Below, in pieces: positions 30,397 through 41,516 of a DNA stretch of 64,000 nucleotides. The notes beneath the pieces are model-generated. The model ran no database searches, was not told the DNA's origin, and was given only the letters and a program-made list of their open reading frames with translations. The stretch comes from Methylotenera sp. (lineage in GTDB: Bacteria; Pseudomonadota; Gammaproteobacteria; Burkholderiales; Methylophilaceae), in contig JADGRO010000016.1 in assembly GCA_017880905.1 (NCBI GenBank), forward strand, positions 5,363-69,362, given 5' to 3'. Positions within the stretch are counted from its first letter, which is position 1; every line of letters starts with the position of its first letter. The position numbers and the translations under genes were made by a program.

Positions 30397-31263
30397 TTAT
30401 TCGATATTTTGAATCTGCTCGCGCATTTGTTCGATTAACACTTTAAGCTCCATCGAAATTTGGCTGGTTTCAATTGTCACCGATTTTGAGCCCAGTGTAT
30501 TCGCTTCGCGATTCATTTCTTGCATTAAAAAATCTAAGCGCTTACCCACTGAACCACCACCATTCAGAATACGTTTTACTTCGTTAATGTGCGTATTTAA
30601 ACGTGATAATTCTTCATCTACATCAATGCGCTGTGCAAACAGCACGATTTCCTGGCGAACGCGCTCGTCATCTCCACTCGCATTGGCTTCGTTTAGTTTG
30701 GCAGTAAGCTTTTCCTGATATTGCTTAATTAAAGCAGGCATCATCGGTTTCACTTTTGTAACTTGTTGCTCAATCTCTTGCAAACGTACCAAAATAATGG
30801 CTTTTAGCTTTTCGCCTTCACGCGCTTTTGCCTCAATTAAATCTTGCAATACTTGATTCAAACTTGTTTTTAAATCATTTTCCAGCGCATCCGTATTTAA
30901 AGCTTCTGTCGCCATCACACCTGGCATTTGTAGTATCTCAAGCATATTGACGGGTTGTGTATGTGGAAAATACTGCGCGGCAACTTTTGCGCTTTCGGCA
31001 ATTTGCTGCAAAACCGTATGATTAAGCTGCGGTGCGCTATCCGCATCAGCACTATGCACCAAACTCAAGCGACAATCGACCTTGCCACGCCCTAGTTTAG
31101 CCTGAATAAGCTCGCGCACGGCGGCTTCAAAACCGCGCAAATTATCATCTAATTTGAGTTGTAACTCTAGGTAACGATGGTTCACCGAGCGCAATTCAAT
31201 CAACAAAATTCCATTCATAGTGTTGCGTTCTTGCGACGCATAGCCTGTCATACTTAGTATCAT
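30397..31263 (-). CDS. yicC: YicC/YloC family endoribonuclease
   Basis: SMTGY, RSVNHRYL, RGKVDC, GKRLDFLMQEMNREANTLGSK. Confidence 0.95.
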   Translation of the reverse strand: MILSMTGYASQERNTMNGILLIELRSVNHRYLELQLKLDDNLRGFEAAVRELIQAKLGRGKVDCRLSLVHSADADSAPQLNHTVLQQIAESAKVAAQYFPHTQPVNMLEILQMPGVMATEALNTDALENDLKTSLNQVLQDLIEAKAREGEKLKAIILVRLQEIEQQVTKVKPMMPALIKQYQEKLTAKLNEANASGDDERVRQEIVLFAQRIDVDEELSRLNTHINEVKRILNGGGSVGKRLDFLMQEMNREANTLGSKSVTIETSQISMELKVLIEQMREQIQNIE

Positions 31264-31369
31264 AGCTTACTTTCTTAAAGTAATTAATGATAATTGTATC
31301 AAATACCTATGATTTTATGAGAGAATATTCTCAGTTTGTTACTATAACTATTATTATTTAAACAAATAG

Positions 31370-32311
31370 ATGGCTACCACTAAAAATCAACCATTGCCTA
31401 TCGGCTATTTGCTACAAGACTACATCATCACCAAAGTCTTGAGCTCTGGCGGCTTTAGTTTTGTCTATCTTGCACAAGATATGAACAAAAATATCGTTGC
31501 CATTAAAGAATATATGCCAACAGGCTTAGCCTTGCGCGAAGAAGGTGCCACCGTGCTGCTGGGCACGGATGATGACGCTGCCACTTTTAAGCATGGCCTT
31601 AAATGTTTTTTTGAAGAAGGTTTGGCGCTAGCGAAAATTGATCACAGAAATATCGTGCGCGTGATTAATTTTTTTAGAGAAAATAACACCGTTTATATGG
31701 TGATGCAGTACGAGCGCGGCAAATCGCTGCAAGATTACATACTCTCACAACCCGAGCCGGTAAATGAAAAATTTGTGCGACGTGTATTTGGCGAACTTTT
31801 AAACGGCTTACGCGAAGTACACACACAAAAATTGCTGCATTTGGATATTAAGCCCGCCAATATTTATATTCGGTTAGACGGTTCGCCCGTATTGCTGGAT
31901 TTTGGTTCTGCAAGACAAACGCTTACCCAAGTGCAATCTAAATTATCTCCAAGCTACACGCCTGGTTTTGCACCTCCTGAACAATATTTTGAGCGCAAGC
32001 AACTAGGGCCTTGGAGCGATATTTATAGTGTTGGCGCGAGCATGTATTCTTGTTTAGTGCGGTCTGCGCCTATCGCTGCAAATCTGCGCGTAAAAGAAGA
32101 TACTTTGTCGCCTGCTGTTAAAACTGGCAAAGGTATTTATACCAAAGAACTGCTGGCAATTATTGATTGTTGTTTAAAAATTGATTATTTAGAAAGACCG
32201 CAGAGCGTGTTTTCACTGCAAAAAACTCTGCTTGAAAACGTGCCGCCGTTAATCCCTAAAAAACCAAGTTTAGTGAATAAAATTAAGCATGTTTTAAATA
32301 AACCGCTATAA
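31370..32311 (+). CDS. Hanks-type Ser/Thr protein kinase
   Basis: SSGGFSFVY, VAIKEY, HLDIKPANI, DFG, GFAPPE, SDIYS. Confidence 0.93.
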   Translation: MATTKNQPLPIGYLLQDYIITKVLSSGGFSFVYLAQDMNKNIVAIKEYMPTGLALREEGATVLLGTDDDAATFKHGLKCFFEEGLALAKIDHRNIVRVINFFRENNTVYMVMQYERGKSLQDYILSQPEPVNEKFVRRVFGELLNGLREVHTQKLLHLDIKPANIYIRLDGSPVLLDFGSARQTLTQVQSKLSPSYTPGFAPPEQYFERKQLGPWSDIYSVGASMYSCLVRSAPIAANLRVKEDTLSPAVKTGKGIYTKELLAIIDCCLKIDYLERPQSVFSLQKTLLENVPPLIPKKPSLVNKIKHVLNKPL

Positions 32312-32326
32312 CCGTAAATTTACTAG

Positions 32327-33256
32327 ATGAAATTCACTATTTATCAAAATAGTCGCCAAGGGCCAAGACCATATAACCAAGACAGATTGGCTTATTCTTA
32401 CAGCAAAGATGCTTTATTGCTAGTATTGGCGGATGGCATGGGCGGCCACCGTAATGGTGAAATTGCTGCGCAATTGGCGGTTAAAACACTTACCGATGCG
32501 TTTCAGCGCTTAGCTGTGCCAGCACTTAGCAGCCCAGCAAAATTTTTAATCGAACATATTCAGCAAGTACACGATATGATTGAAAACGTAACGCAAAGCG
32601 AAGAATTCGTCGAATCTCCGCGCACTACCATCGTTGCAGCCATTATCCAGCGCAGTTATCTATATTGTGCGCACGTCGGTGATTCGCGCCTGTATCATTT
32701 CCGTAATGGGCACTTGCTATTTCGTACCGAAGATCATTCCGTCGTGCAATCGCTGTATAAAAAAGGCATGATTTCTCTTGAAGAAATGGCGACCCACCCA
32801 TACAAAAATAAAATTTACAATTGTGTGGGGGGAGAAGCGCCGCCACAAATAGACCTATCTGATAGACATGAGCTCAGTGAAGGCGATACTGTTTTACTAT
32901 GTACAGATGGTGTTTGGGGCGTGATTAACGATCAACAAATCAAAGAAATTGTTCAACGAAATACGGATATTACCCAAGCTGTTACAGAGCTCATGGATAG
33001 CTCAGAATTTGCCAGTGATGATAAGGGTGACAATATGAGCGCTATTGGTTTGCAATGGGGCGACAGGCCAGAAAGTCATAGCGCAGTTTCTACACTGCTT
33101 ATGCCTTTGGGTGAGACCACTACCATCATTAACACCGTCACCCGCCAAATGGTTGATGGGAGCTCTCCATACGAACTTTCAGACGATGATATTGAAAATA
33201 CTATTGCCGAAATACAAAATGCTTTAATTAAAACACAGCAAAAACCTAGGATTTAA
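32327..33256 (+). CDS. PP2C/PPM-family Ser/Thr phosphatase
   Basis: NQD, LADGMGGH, HVGDSR, LCTDG, DN motifs. Confidence 0.93.
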   Translation: MKFTIYQNSRQGPRPYNQDRLAYSYSKDALLLVLADGMGGHRNGEIAAQLAVKTLTDAFQRLAVPALSSPAKFLIEHIQQVHDMIENVTQSEEFVESPRTTIVAAIIQRSYLYCAHVGDSRLYHFRNGHLLFRTEDHSVVQSLYKKGMISLEEMATHPYKNKIYNCVGGEAPPQIDLSDRHELSEGDTVLLCTDGVWGVINDQQIKEIVQRNTDITQAVTELMDSSEFASDDKGDNMSAIGLQWGDRPESHSAVSTLLMPLGETTTIINTVTRQMVDGSSPYELSDDDIENTIAEIQNALIKTQQKPRI

Positions 33257-33333
33257 ACCTCAGAAATCCAAGTTTTAAACCACCGCGCTTTATGCATGGC
33301 TTATAATTGGCTTTTTTGTTCAAAGTCAATGCC

Positions 33334-34062
33334 ATGCAAGCTAATATACGTCCTAGCAATCGCGCCAATAATCAGCTGCGCGATATTAAAATTATCCGCC
33401 ATTACACTAAGCATGCCGAAGGCTCGGTGCTGATTAAATTCGGCGATACGCACGTGCTTTGCACCGCCAGTGTAGAAGAAAAAGTACCGAGTTTTCTCAA
33501 AGGCAAGGGGCAAGGTTGGGTTACAGCCGAATACGGTATGTTGCCGCGCAGCACTGGCAGCCGCATGGATAGAGAGGCCACCAAAGGCAAGCAATCTGGC
33601 CGCACGCAAGAAATTCAACGTTTAATTGGCAGAAGTCTTAGAGCAATTATCGACTTAGAAAAACTAGGCGAAAGGTCAATTCACTTGGATTGCGACGTGA
33701 TTCAAGCCGATGGCGGCACACGCACAGCCAGCGTTACTGGCGCTTACGTCGCCTTGTATGATGCAATTTCTCATCTTTTGGCAAACAATTTAATTACCGA
33801 AAATCCTCTCAAACAAGCAGTCGCAGCGATTTCGGTAGGCGTATATAAAGGCACGCCGGTACTAGATTTGGACTATATCGAAGATTCTGACTGCGATACC
33901 GATATGAACGTAATTATGACTTCTGACGGCGGTTTTGTAGAAATTCAAGGCACCGCCGAAGGCGATCCCTTCGATAAGGCCACGATGAACGCCATGTTAG
34001 ATTTGGCACATATGGGTATCACAGAATTACTTAAAAAACAGCAAATCGCTTTAAAAAAATAA
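33334..34062 (+). CDS. rph: Ribonuclease PH (likely start ATG 33334)
   Basis: [31 protein letters not shown]. Confidence 0.97.
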   Translation: MQANIRPSNRANNQLRDIKIIRHYTKHAEGSVLIKFGDTHVLCTASVEEKVPSFLKGKGQGWVTAEYGMLPRSTGSRMDREATKGKQSGRTQEIQRLIGRSLRAIIDLEKLGERSIHLDCDVIQADGGTRTASVTGAYVALYDAISHLLANNLITENPLKQAVAAISVGVYKGTPVLDLDYIEDSDCDTDMNVIMTSDGGFVEIQGTAEGDPFDKATMNAMLDLAHMGITELLKKQQIALKK

Positions 34063-34659
34063 ATGCTTAAAAAACTCGTTATTGCTTCTAACAATGAGGG
34101 CAAACTACGCGAAATTCAACAACTTTTAGCGCCATTGAATATCGAGGTAATGCCACAATCGGTGTTTAATATTACTGAAGCCGAAGAGCCACACTGCACA
34201 TTTATCGAAAACGCGTTGGCCAAAGCACGTCACGCCAGTTTGCATTCTAGTTTGCCTGCTTTGGCTGATGATTCTGGCATTTGTGTGGATGCCCTGCAAG
34301 GCAATCCTGGCGTGCACTCTGCACGTTATGGTGGTGAACCAAAAAGTGACGAAAAAAATAATCAAACACTTTTAAATGCACTAGAAAACGAAACTAACCG
34401 CGCAGCTTATTATTACTGTGCAATCGTATTAGTACGTAGCCATGATGACCCGCAACCTTTGATTGCAGAAGGCATTTGGAAAGGTGAGATTTTAATCGCA
34501 GCGCGCGGTAATGGTGGTTTTGGTTACGACCCGTTGTTTTTAGATGTAAAATTAGGTAAAACCGGTGCGGAACTAAGTCCGCAATATAAAAATCAAATTA
34601 GCCATCGCGGACAAGCATTGCAACATTTAATTGAAAAAATGAAGGTACTACAACCATGA
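34063..34659 (+). CDS. rdgB: dITP/XTP pyrophosphatase
   Basis: SNNEGK, ADDSG, GFGYDP, SHRG motifs; after rph. Confidence 0.96.
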   Translation: MLKKLVIASNNEGKLREIQQLLAPLNIEVMPQSVFNITEAEEPHCTFIENALAKARHASLHSSLPALADDSGICVDALQGNPGVHSARYGGEPKSDEKNNQTLLNALENETNRAAYYYCAIVLVRSHDDPQPLIAEGIWKGEILIAARGNGGFGYDPLFLDVKLGKTGAELSPQYKNQISHRGQALQHLIEKMKVLQP

Positions 34660-34910
34660 AATCATCTCAAAAAGCCCTGCCAACTTGGGTGCGCGACGAC
34701 GGTAGCGTTGTCTCTTGCACCGAAAAAATTAAAGTCATGCGCGAAAATTTTGAAGAAATCAAACAAATTGCCCAAGACGCGCTGGAAGATGGCTTGCTAC
34801 TTGAGGTTTCTGAAACGCAAATGCGCGAAACCTTGCACAAACTGGTGGATAGCTTGGTGAATCCGTACCCAAAACAAAAAGCGGCGATTGAAAAAAGTTA
34901 TACCAATTAG
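34656..34910 (+). CDS. Small conserved hypothetical protein
   Basis: 84-aa ORF coupled to rdgB and hemW; W.RDDGS.VSC.EK.KV..EN. Confidence 0.75.
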   Translation: MKSSQKALPTWVRDDGSVVSCTEKIKVMRENFEEIKQIAQDALEDGLLLEVSETQMRETLHKLVDSLVNPYPKQKAAIEKSYTN

Positions 34911-36129
34911 CGCAGAAGCTAGCATTCATGCGCCTCTCAACCCTATCAGCACCAGCTCGCCAATTTTAGGCGCGGCCACACTTTCTGGCTTAAAAAATCC
35001 ACCGCCGCTTGCCCTTTATATTCATATTCCGTGGTGTGTAAAAAAATGTCCGTATTGCGATTTTAATTCGCATGAATCACGAAATAAAATTCCGGAAAAA
35101 CGTTATGTTGCGGCTTTGATTGCAGATTTAGAGCAATCGGTGCCACGTGTTTATGGACGCAAAATCAAAAGTGTGTTTTTTGGCGGTGGTACACCAAGTT
35201 TGTTTTCGGCCAAATCAATCGACGAAATTTTAAGCGCAGTGCGTATGCTCACACCTCTGGAATATGGTGCAGAAATAACGCTGGAAACCAACCCAGGCGC
35301 GATAGACACCGCACATTTTTCAGGTTACAAGCAAGCCGGAGTCAATCGCGTTTCACTTGGCATCCAAAGTTTTAATGCGGATTATTTGCGTGCCTTGGGA
35401 CGTATTCACGATAACAAACAGGCCATCACAGCCTCTGAATTAGCATTAAATACGTTTGAACATGTGAATTTGGACGTCATGTACGGGCTACCGAATCAAA
35501 CGCTCGAGTATGCTTTACAAGACGCTCGACAAGCCATAAGCCTTAGCCCCGATCATCTGTCTTTTTACCATTTAACGTTAGAGCCCAACACGCCGTTTTA
35601 CCGTACTCCGCCTAGCTTACCGGAGGATGACACGAGCGCCGATATGCAAGAAAAAATAGAAGCTTTATTCGCCGAACACGGTTATGAGCATTATGAAACC
35701 TCGGCTTTTTGCAAACCGAAAAATCATGCGCGACATAACCTCAATTATTGGCAATTTGGCGATTATTTGGGCATCGGTGCGGGTGCACATTCCAAATTGA
35801 GCTTTCACGATAAAATCACCCGCGAAACGCGCCACAAGCACCCAAACGCCTTTATGGAAAACGCTGAAACTGGCAATGCCCTGGATAACACTTGGGTGAT
35901 TCCACAAGCTGATTTAGGTTTTGAATTTATGATGAACGCGCTGCGACTTAACAACGGTTTTGAAAAAAACTTGTTTCAAGAGCGCACAGGTATGCCGTGG
36001 GAGGAAATATCCATGCGGGTTACAGAGGCGTCAACTAAAGGTTTTATTACACAAGATTTACAATACATAAAACCAACACTCAAAGGCCAGCGTTATTTGA
36101 ATAATTTACTACAAATTTTTTTAGATTAA
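34888..36129 (+). CDS. hemW: Radical SAM heme chaperone HemW
   Basis: HIPWCVKKCPYCDFNS, GGGTPS, HNLNYW; rph-rdgB-hemW order. Confidence 0.93.
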   Translation: MKKVIPISAEASIHAPLNPISTSSPILGAATLSGLKNPPPLALYIHIPWCVKKCPYCDFNSHESRNKIPEKRYVAALIADLEQSVPRVYGRKIKSVFFGGGTPSLFSAKSIDEILSAVRMLTPLEYGAEITLETNPGAIDTAHFSGYKQAGVNRVSLGIQSFNADYLRALGRIHDNKQAITASELALNTFEHVNLDVMYGLPNQTLEYALQDARQAISLSPDHLSFYHLTLEPNTPFYRTPPSLPEDDTSADMQEKIEALFAEHGYEHYETSAFCKPKNHARHNLNYWQFGDYLGIGAGAHSKLSFHDKITRETRHKHPNAFMENAETGNALDNTWVIPQADLGFEFMMNALRLNNGFEKNLFQERTGMPWEEISMRVTEASTKGFITQDLQYIKPTLKGQRYLNNLLQIFLD

Positions 36130-37445
36130 TTTATCGCTTTACGTATATCTAGCAAGGCTATTAACAATAAAATTTCGCTCAATACTTCTTTGCCAAAACC
36201 CATGCGCTCACCTCCGCGGTTATCGGTAATCAATCCGCGTAAATAGATAGTTGCCGTGTCGTTAGGCCATGTGCTATAAAGTTTTTCCATAATATGTGGA
36301 AATTCCGCTAAACTTTGCGGCACCACCATTGCGATTTCGGTATCCTGCCATATAGGCGTCATTACGTTAAAAGTACTATGCAAATTAGTTGCGTATTTTT
36401 CAAAATCCTCATTTAAATTAAGCTTTTTAAAAATATCTAGCAAATACAGCCAATGATTTATAGTTGCTTTAGGTTGCGCTTCCATCGTCATTTTAAGATG
36501 CGCAATTGCATCCGTAGCACGATTAATACTCATCAGCAATTTAGCTTCTTCTAAGGTCGCATCTAATCTCACTTCCCCTTCTTTATAAATTGTTGATTCT
36601 GGCTTGCTTTCTATCCCCACCGATTGTTTTGTAGCTTGCCAAGAACCGCCTAAATCCGCAACACTTGCCTGCATTTTGGTTGCAACAAAGCTCATTTTTG
36701 AAAGCATATGTCGCTGATATTTTTTAAACAAATACACACACAGAACTGTTAACAAACCTAAGACAAAAATAGTTGTAAATAAATTATTATTTACAATATT
36801 CAATAGCGAATCTTTGTCTGGGTTTTCTGGTGCTTTTGCTAGTTCACTGACGTTTGCAGGTTGATTCAAATTCTTAAATATTTTTTTGGCTGATGAGCCG
36901 TTATTTGGTAGTGTGAGCGTTTTATCCAAAATCAGCTTTAGCTCATCTAACTTAATTTGTAAAAAAACTAATTTTTCATTTAATTTGGCCAGCTCTTCTT
37001 TTAAAAAAGCATTTTTACTCAGCAATACCTCATAATCTTTCATTAATTTTGCAGGTATTTGCTCAAGGCTATAACTCATTATCAGTTTTTGTGTACGGAC
37101 ATTGTTTCGCCCATATTGAATGGCATGCGTGCCGTTTGAGAGTGATTTTAAAGTGGGAATCATCAACAAAGTGGGTGATTTAAAACGCTCGGTTGCATTG
37201 AGTTTTGGCTGAATATCTGCATTTAAACGTAAAGTTTTGAATACAAACTGTTGCTGCATGGTTTTATTTTTAGGGTAAAACAAACGTGCGATATCATTGA
37301 CATTCTCGCCAGGCAACATAGGCCAAGCCATGCTTTTGGCGTCTTGTGGCTCTGTATTGAAAACTAAAGAATTATCGGCGACAGCTGCAACATTGCCGCT
37401 TAACAGTAGGGCAAGCGAAAAAACTAAAATATAATTTAGCTTCAA
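36126..37445 (-). CDS. Second FimV-like membrane protein (LysM-like N-terminus, TM helix, helical C-terminus)
   Basis: Signal peptide, W.MLPGENV..IAR.FYP, coiled coil, TM, LEEAKL...AI.HL and DNRGGER.GF C-terminal pattern shared with the 15670 gene. Confidence 0.65.
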   Translation of the reverse strand: MKLNYILVFSLALLLSGNVAAVADNSLVFNTEPQDAKSMAWPMLPGENVNDIARLFYPKNKTMQQQFVFKTLRLNADIQPKLNATERFKSPTLLMIPTLKSLSNGTHAIQYGRNNVRTQKLIMSYSLEQIPAKLMKDYEVLLSKNAFLKEELAKLNEKLVFLQIKLDELKLILDKTLTLPNNGSSAKKIFKNLNQPANVSELAKAPENPDKDSLLNIVNNNLFTTIFVLGLLTVLCVYLFKKYQRHMLSKMSFVATKMQASVADLGGSWQATKQSVGIESKPESTIYKEGEVRLDATLEEAKLLMSINRATDAIAHLKMTMEAQPKATINHWLYLLDIFKKLNLNEDFEKYATNLHSTFNVMTPIWQDTEIAMVVPQSLAEFPHIMEKLYSTWPNDTATIYLRGLITDNRGGERMGFGKEVLSEILLLIALLDIRKAIN

Positions 37446-37458
37446 AATAGTAATGTTG

Positions 37459-38871
37459 TTAATTTATAAATTTGCGGGCACGCTGAATGGCTTTTTTTAC
37501 TTGAGTGGGCGCTGTGCCGCCAATATGGTTGCGACTGGCTACTGAGCCTTCTAGCGTAAGGACTTTATAAACATCTTGTTGGATTAACTCACTGAATTTT
37601 TGCAATTCAGCCAAGGACAAAGCCGACAAATCGCAACCCTTTTTAATTGCATGTTTTACCACCACAGCAACCACCTCGTGGGCATCTCTAAACGGCATAT
37701 CCTTTTTTACTAGGTAATCGGCCAAATCGGTCGCCGTGGCAAACCCTTCCAGCGCGGCTTGGCGCATATTAGCCTTGTTTACCGCAATACCACGCAACAT
37801 ATCTGCATAAATTTCCAATGTAATTAATACTGTATCCGCAGTATCGAATAAGGGCTCTTTATCTTCTTGATTATCCTTGTTATATGCGAGCGGCTGGCCT
37901 TTCATCAGTGTGAGCAACGCAACCAAGTGTCCGTTCACGCGCCCTGTTTTGCCACGCACCAACTCTGGCACATCGGGGTTTTTCTTCTGCGGCATAATCG
38001 ATGAGCCCGTACAAAAGCGATCGGCAATTTCAATAAACGCAAATCGAGGGCTTGACCACAAAATCAACTCTTCTGAAAATCTTGATAAATGCGTCATCAA
38101 TACCGCACTTGCCGCGGTAAATTCAATGGCAAAATCGCGATCTGAAACCGCATCCAATGAGTTTTCGCACACCCCATCAAAACCCAAAGTTTTAGCCACC
38201 ATTTCGCGATTAATCGGGTAGCTTGTGCCTGCTAATGCCACCGCGCCTAGCGGCAATTTATTGACACGTTTTCGGCAATCAGCAAAACGCTCAGCATCAC
38301 GTTTAAGCATCTCAAAATACGCCATCAAATGGTGCCCAAATGTGACAGGTTGCGCCACTTGCAAATGCGTCAAACCTGGCATGATGGTGTCAACATGCAG
38401 TTCGGCCAAATCTAAAATAGATGTTTGCAGCTTATGAATACCTGTCAACACACCATCAGTTGTGGCGCGCAACCACAACCGCACATCTGTCGCTACTTGA
38501 TCGTTGCGACTTCTGCCCGTATGCAAGCGCTTACCCGCGTTACCGATTTTGTCGGTCAGGCGTTTTTCAATATTTAAATGCACATCTTCTAAATCCAGCA
38601 ACCATTCAAACTTGCCCGCTTGGATTTCTGCCAAAATTTCTTTTAAGCCCTTTTCAATTGCGCTGACGTCTTTTTTGCTAATGATGCCCTGTACTCCCAG
38701 CATACGTGCGTGCGCCAGCGAACCTTGAATATCAAATTCGGCTAGGTGCTTATCAAAATCGACTGATGCGGTATATTTTTTAACCAATTCAGCCACCGGC
38801 TCACTAAAGCGGCCAGACCAGCTTTTGTTTTTTTGGCTTTTGGCTTTTTTATTTAAACTATTTTTTTGCAA
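37459..38871 (-). CDS. argH: Argininosuccinate lyase (TTG start)
   Basis: [26 protein letters not shown]. Confidence 0.98.
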   Translation of the reverse strand: MQKNSLNKKAKSQKNKSWSGRFSEPVAELVKKYTASVDFDKHLAEFDIQGSLAHARMLGVQGIISKKDVSAIEKGLKEILAEIQAGKFEWLLDLEDVHLNIEKRLTDKIGNAGKRLHTGRSRNDQVATDVRLWLRATTDGVLTGIHKLQTSILDLAELHVDTIMPGLTHLQVAQPVTFGHHLMAYFEMLKRDAERFADCRKRVNKLPLGAVALAGTSYPINREMVAKTLGFDGVCENSLDAVSDRDFAIEFTAASAVLMTHLSRFSEELILWSSPRFAFIEIADRFCTGSSIMPQKKNPDVPELVRGKTGRVNGHLVALLTLMKGQPLAYNKDNQEDKEPLFDTADTVLITLEIYADMLRGIAVNKANMRQAALEGFATATDLADYLVKKDMPFRDAHEVVAVVVKHAIKKGCDLSALSLAELQKFSELIQQDVYKVLTLEGSVASRNHIGGTAPTQVKKAIQRARKFIN

Positions 38872-38958
38872 AGGAAATCGCTTTATTTATTAGGTTTAAT
38901 TGTAAAAATTACTTTAATAATAATATACTTATCGCAATATTATAACCAAGTATACGCT

Positions 38959-39948
38959 GTGCGCAAAAATAGTCGCCTTCCGAACCTACATAATCTTGGC
39001 ATTCATTTACGAATTTTGCTAATTGTGAACTTATTAACGGCGATAGCAGCCATTTTGCTCAGTAAACAATGGAACGAATTTTTGCCATTATTGGCACAAA
39101 TATCTGCGCTAGTTCAGCCTATTTTGCTACTCAGTATGTTGGGGTTATATGCGCTTTATCCAATTCTGGCTAAGCTCAAATATTGGCAAGGCGTTGTAGC
39201 CATCCTATTGCTTGAAATTGCCTTCACCAGCCTTGTATTTATTTTTATCAATCACCTATTTGCGTTTGATTCTATTCCTAATCCTTACCGCGCTTACTTG
39301 CTCACTGCCATTGTCACAGCTATCGTGCTGTATTATTTTTATTTGCAAGAGCGCGCCTATTCGCCCGCCATCGCAGAGGCACGTCTACAGGCTTTGCAAG
39401 CGCGTATACGTCCACATTTTTTGTTTAACAGCATCAACGCAGTCTTGTCACTCATACGCAGCCAACCCAAACGCGCCGAGACCGCGCTAGAAGACATGGC
39501 GGATTTATTTCGTGTCTTGATGAGTGAAAATCGCGATTTAGTGCCTCTCGCACAAGAAATTGGCCTATGTCACCAATATCTGGATTTGGAAAAATTGCGT
39601 TTGGAAAATCGCCTAAAAATCACTTGGCAAATCGATGATATGCCTAGTGATGCCATGATTCCACCTCTGATTTTACAGCCTTTGTTAGAAAACGCGGTAT
39701 ATCACGGCATAGAACCGATGCCTGAAGGTGGCGAAATTATCGTCAAAATTTACAGTAAACTAAAAGAGTTACACATTGTCATCAGCAATCCTTATGCGCC
39801 ACAAAACGATCACCATACCGGCAATAAAATGGCGCTTAAAAACATTAAAGAGCGCTTAAACTTGCATTTTGATTTGGAAAGCTCGCTGAGAACCGAAATT
39901 AAGCAAAGTCGTTATGAAGTGCATATTCGCATTCCAGAAAAAATTTAA
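38959..39948 (+). CDS. LytS/AlgZ(FimS)-type sensor histidine kinase (likely GTG start 38959)
   Basis: LQARIRPHFLFNSIN, PPLILQPL.ENA.YHG; four TM segments; argH-algZ-algR-hemC synteny. Confidence 0.9.
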   Translation: MRKNSRLPNLHNLGIHLRILLIVNLLTAIAAILLSKQWNEFLPLLAQISALVQPILLLSMLGLYALYPILAKLKYWQGVVAILLLEIAFTSLVFIFINHLFAFDSIPNPYRAYLLTAIVTAIVLYYFYLQERAYSPAIAEARLQALQARIRPHFLFNSINAVLSLIRSQPKRAETALEDMADLFRVLMSENRDLVPLAQEIGLCHQYLDLEKLRLENRLKITWQIDDMPSDAMIPPLILQPLLENAVYHGIEPMPEGGEIIVKIYSKLKELHIVISNPYAPQNDHHTGNKMALKNIKERLNLHFDLESSLRTEIKQSRYEVHIRIPEKI

Positions 39949-39951
39949 ATT

Positions 39952-40680
39952 ATGTTGCAGACGCTTAAAATTTTAATCGCAGATGATGAAACGCCCGCTA
40001 GAAATAGAATGCGAGATTTGTTGGGCGATATTGAGCATGTGACTGTCGTTGCCGAAGCAAGAAACGGTAAAGAAGCAATTGATTTGGCGCAAACAACCAA
40101 TCCTGATGTGATGTTGCTAGATATCCGCATGCCACTCATGGATGGCATCGAAGCTGCACAACACGCGCAAAAGTTGGAGCCCAAGCCGTACATTATTTTC
40201 ACCACTGCTTTTGATGCTTACGCGATTAAAGCCTTCGATTTAAACGCAATAGATTATTTGCTTAAACCAATTCGGCTAGAACGTCTGCAAATCGCAATAA
40301 ATAAGGCGCATGCGCTAAAACCCTTGCCAATAGAAGCGCTAAGACCTCTACAAAAAATGCGTAGTCACTTGAGCATACACGAGCGCGGTCGTGTGCTGCT
40401 GGTGCCTGTCGAAACAATTATTTATTTACGTGCGGAGCTAAAATATATTACCGTGCGCACCGCAGAGCGCGAATATTTGATTGAAGAATCGCTCACCAAT
40501 TTAGAAACAGAATTTGGTGAGCGGTTTATACGCTTGCATCGCAATTGCTTGGTTGCACCACAATTTATCACCGGCTACGAAAAGTGCATCACCGACGACG
40601 AAAGCCAATGGGTCGCCATCCTAAAAAATATCCCTGAAACCATTGCCGTTAGCCGTCGCCAACAGTATTTAATACGCTAA
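39952..40680 (+). CDS. LytTR response regulator, AlgR-like
   Basis: DDE, LLDIRMP, TTAFD, DYLLKP, F.R.HR..LV, VSRR. Confidence 0.92.
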   Translation: MLQTLKILIADDETPARNRMRDLLGDIEHVTVVAEARNGKEAIDLAQTTNPDVMLLDIRMPLMDGIEAAQHAQKLEPKPYIIFTTAFDAYAIKAFDLNAIDYLLKPIRLERLQIAINKAHALKPLPIEALRPLQKMRSHLSIHERGRVLLVPVETIIYLRAELKYITVRTAEREYLIEESLTNLETEFGERFIRLHRNCLVAPQFITGYEKCITDDESQWVAILKNIPETIAVSRRQQYLIR

Positions 40681-40686
40681 AGCTAA

Positions 40687-41361
40687 CTACTTATTTTTAT
40701 TCCGGTCAAAATCCTCTATCACCTTAGCGGCCCAATCTTTTCCACCCAAACCAAATGCTATCGCCAGCGCCAAGAAAAACGCACCAAACACAATCACAAA
40801 TAACGAATAAATAAGCTGCATACCAATACCCAGCTGCTCTAAGGCGACAAATACAGAAAAAATTTGTATGCCATATTCGGCCGATGTGCTGACTGTGAGC
40901 GCATACGAAAATTTAATGCTGTAAAGCCAAGCAAACACCAGCCGATTTACAAAACGCGCTAACAAAGTACCAAAAATCACCACTAAAATCGCCACGATGA
41001 TATGCGGTAAATAACTGGCTAATTGCTCTAATAAACCGGCCACCTCACTTAACCCCAATGAATTTGCGCCTGTGATGATAAATAAAATAATCACTAACCA
41101 ATACACCACTTGGCTAATAATGCCACTTAAGGTCAGGCTAAAATTGCCGTGACTCATAAAGGCTTCCAACCCGGATTTTTGTGCAAATTTATCAAATTGT
41201 GCCAGCTCAAGCCCGCGCTTCACCGCTTTTCTAACAAGTTTAGCAACCAGCCAACCAACAAATAAAATCACAATAACTGCCAATAATTTAGGCACAAAAT
41301 TAACCAGTTGTAACCAAAATTGATTCAATGACTCAACAAAAATATCAATTTGATATTGCAT
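40687..41361 (-). CDS. Mechanosensitive-channel-related TM helix repeat protein (CmpX-like)
   Basis: FVPKLL..IVIL.VGW..AK, YLPHI..A, LA.AIAFGLGGKD. Confidence 0.8.
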   Translation of the reverse strand: MQYQIDIFVESLNQFWLQLVNFVPKLLAVIVILFVGWLVAKLVRKAVKRGLELAQFDKFAQKSGLEAFMSHGNFSLTLSGIISQVVYWLVIILFIITGANSLGLSEVAGLLEQLASYLPHIIVAILVVIFGTLLARFVNRLVFAWLYSIKFSYALTVSTSAEYGIQIFSVFVALEQLGIGMQLIYSLFVIVFGAFFLALAIAFGLGGKDWAAKVIEDFDRNKNK

Positions 41362-41516
41362 AGAAATCTCCTAAAAATAAAGTTGAAACAATGGGTTAAC
41401 TAAAAATATCTAATCATTTTTTAGTTTTTTAGCGCCGGTAAAACTTTAGCTTAACCTAAAAAAACACACTTTACATGTAACAGTTTGTAAAACTGGCGTG
41501 TGATAAAATCATCCAT

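Noticed and set aside
31281-31305. TGATAATTGTATCA as a Fur or FNR box between yicC and the kinase
   Set aside because: Spacing fits neither the 7-1-7 Fur box nor TTGAT-N4-ATCAA
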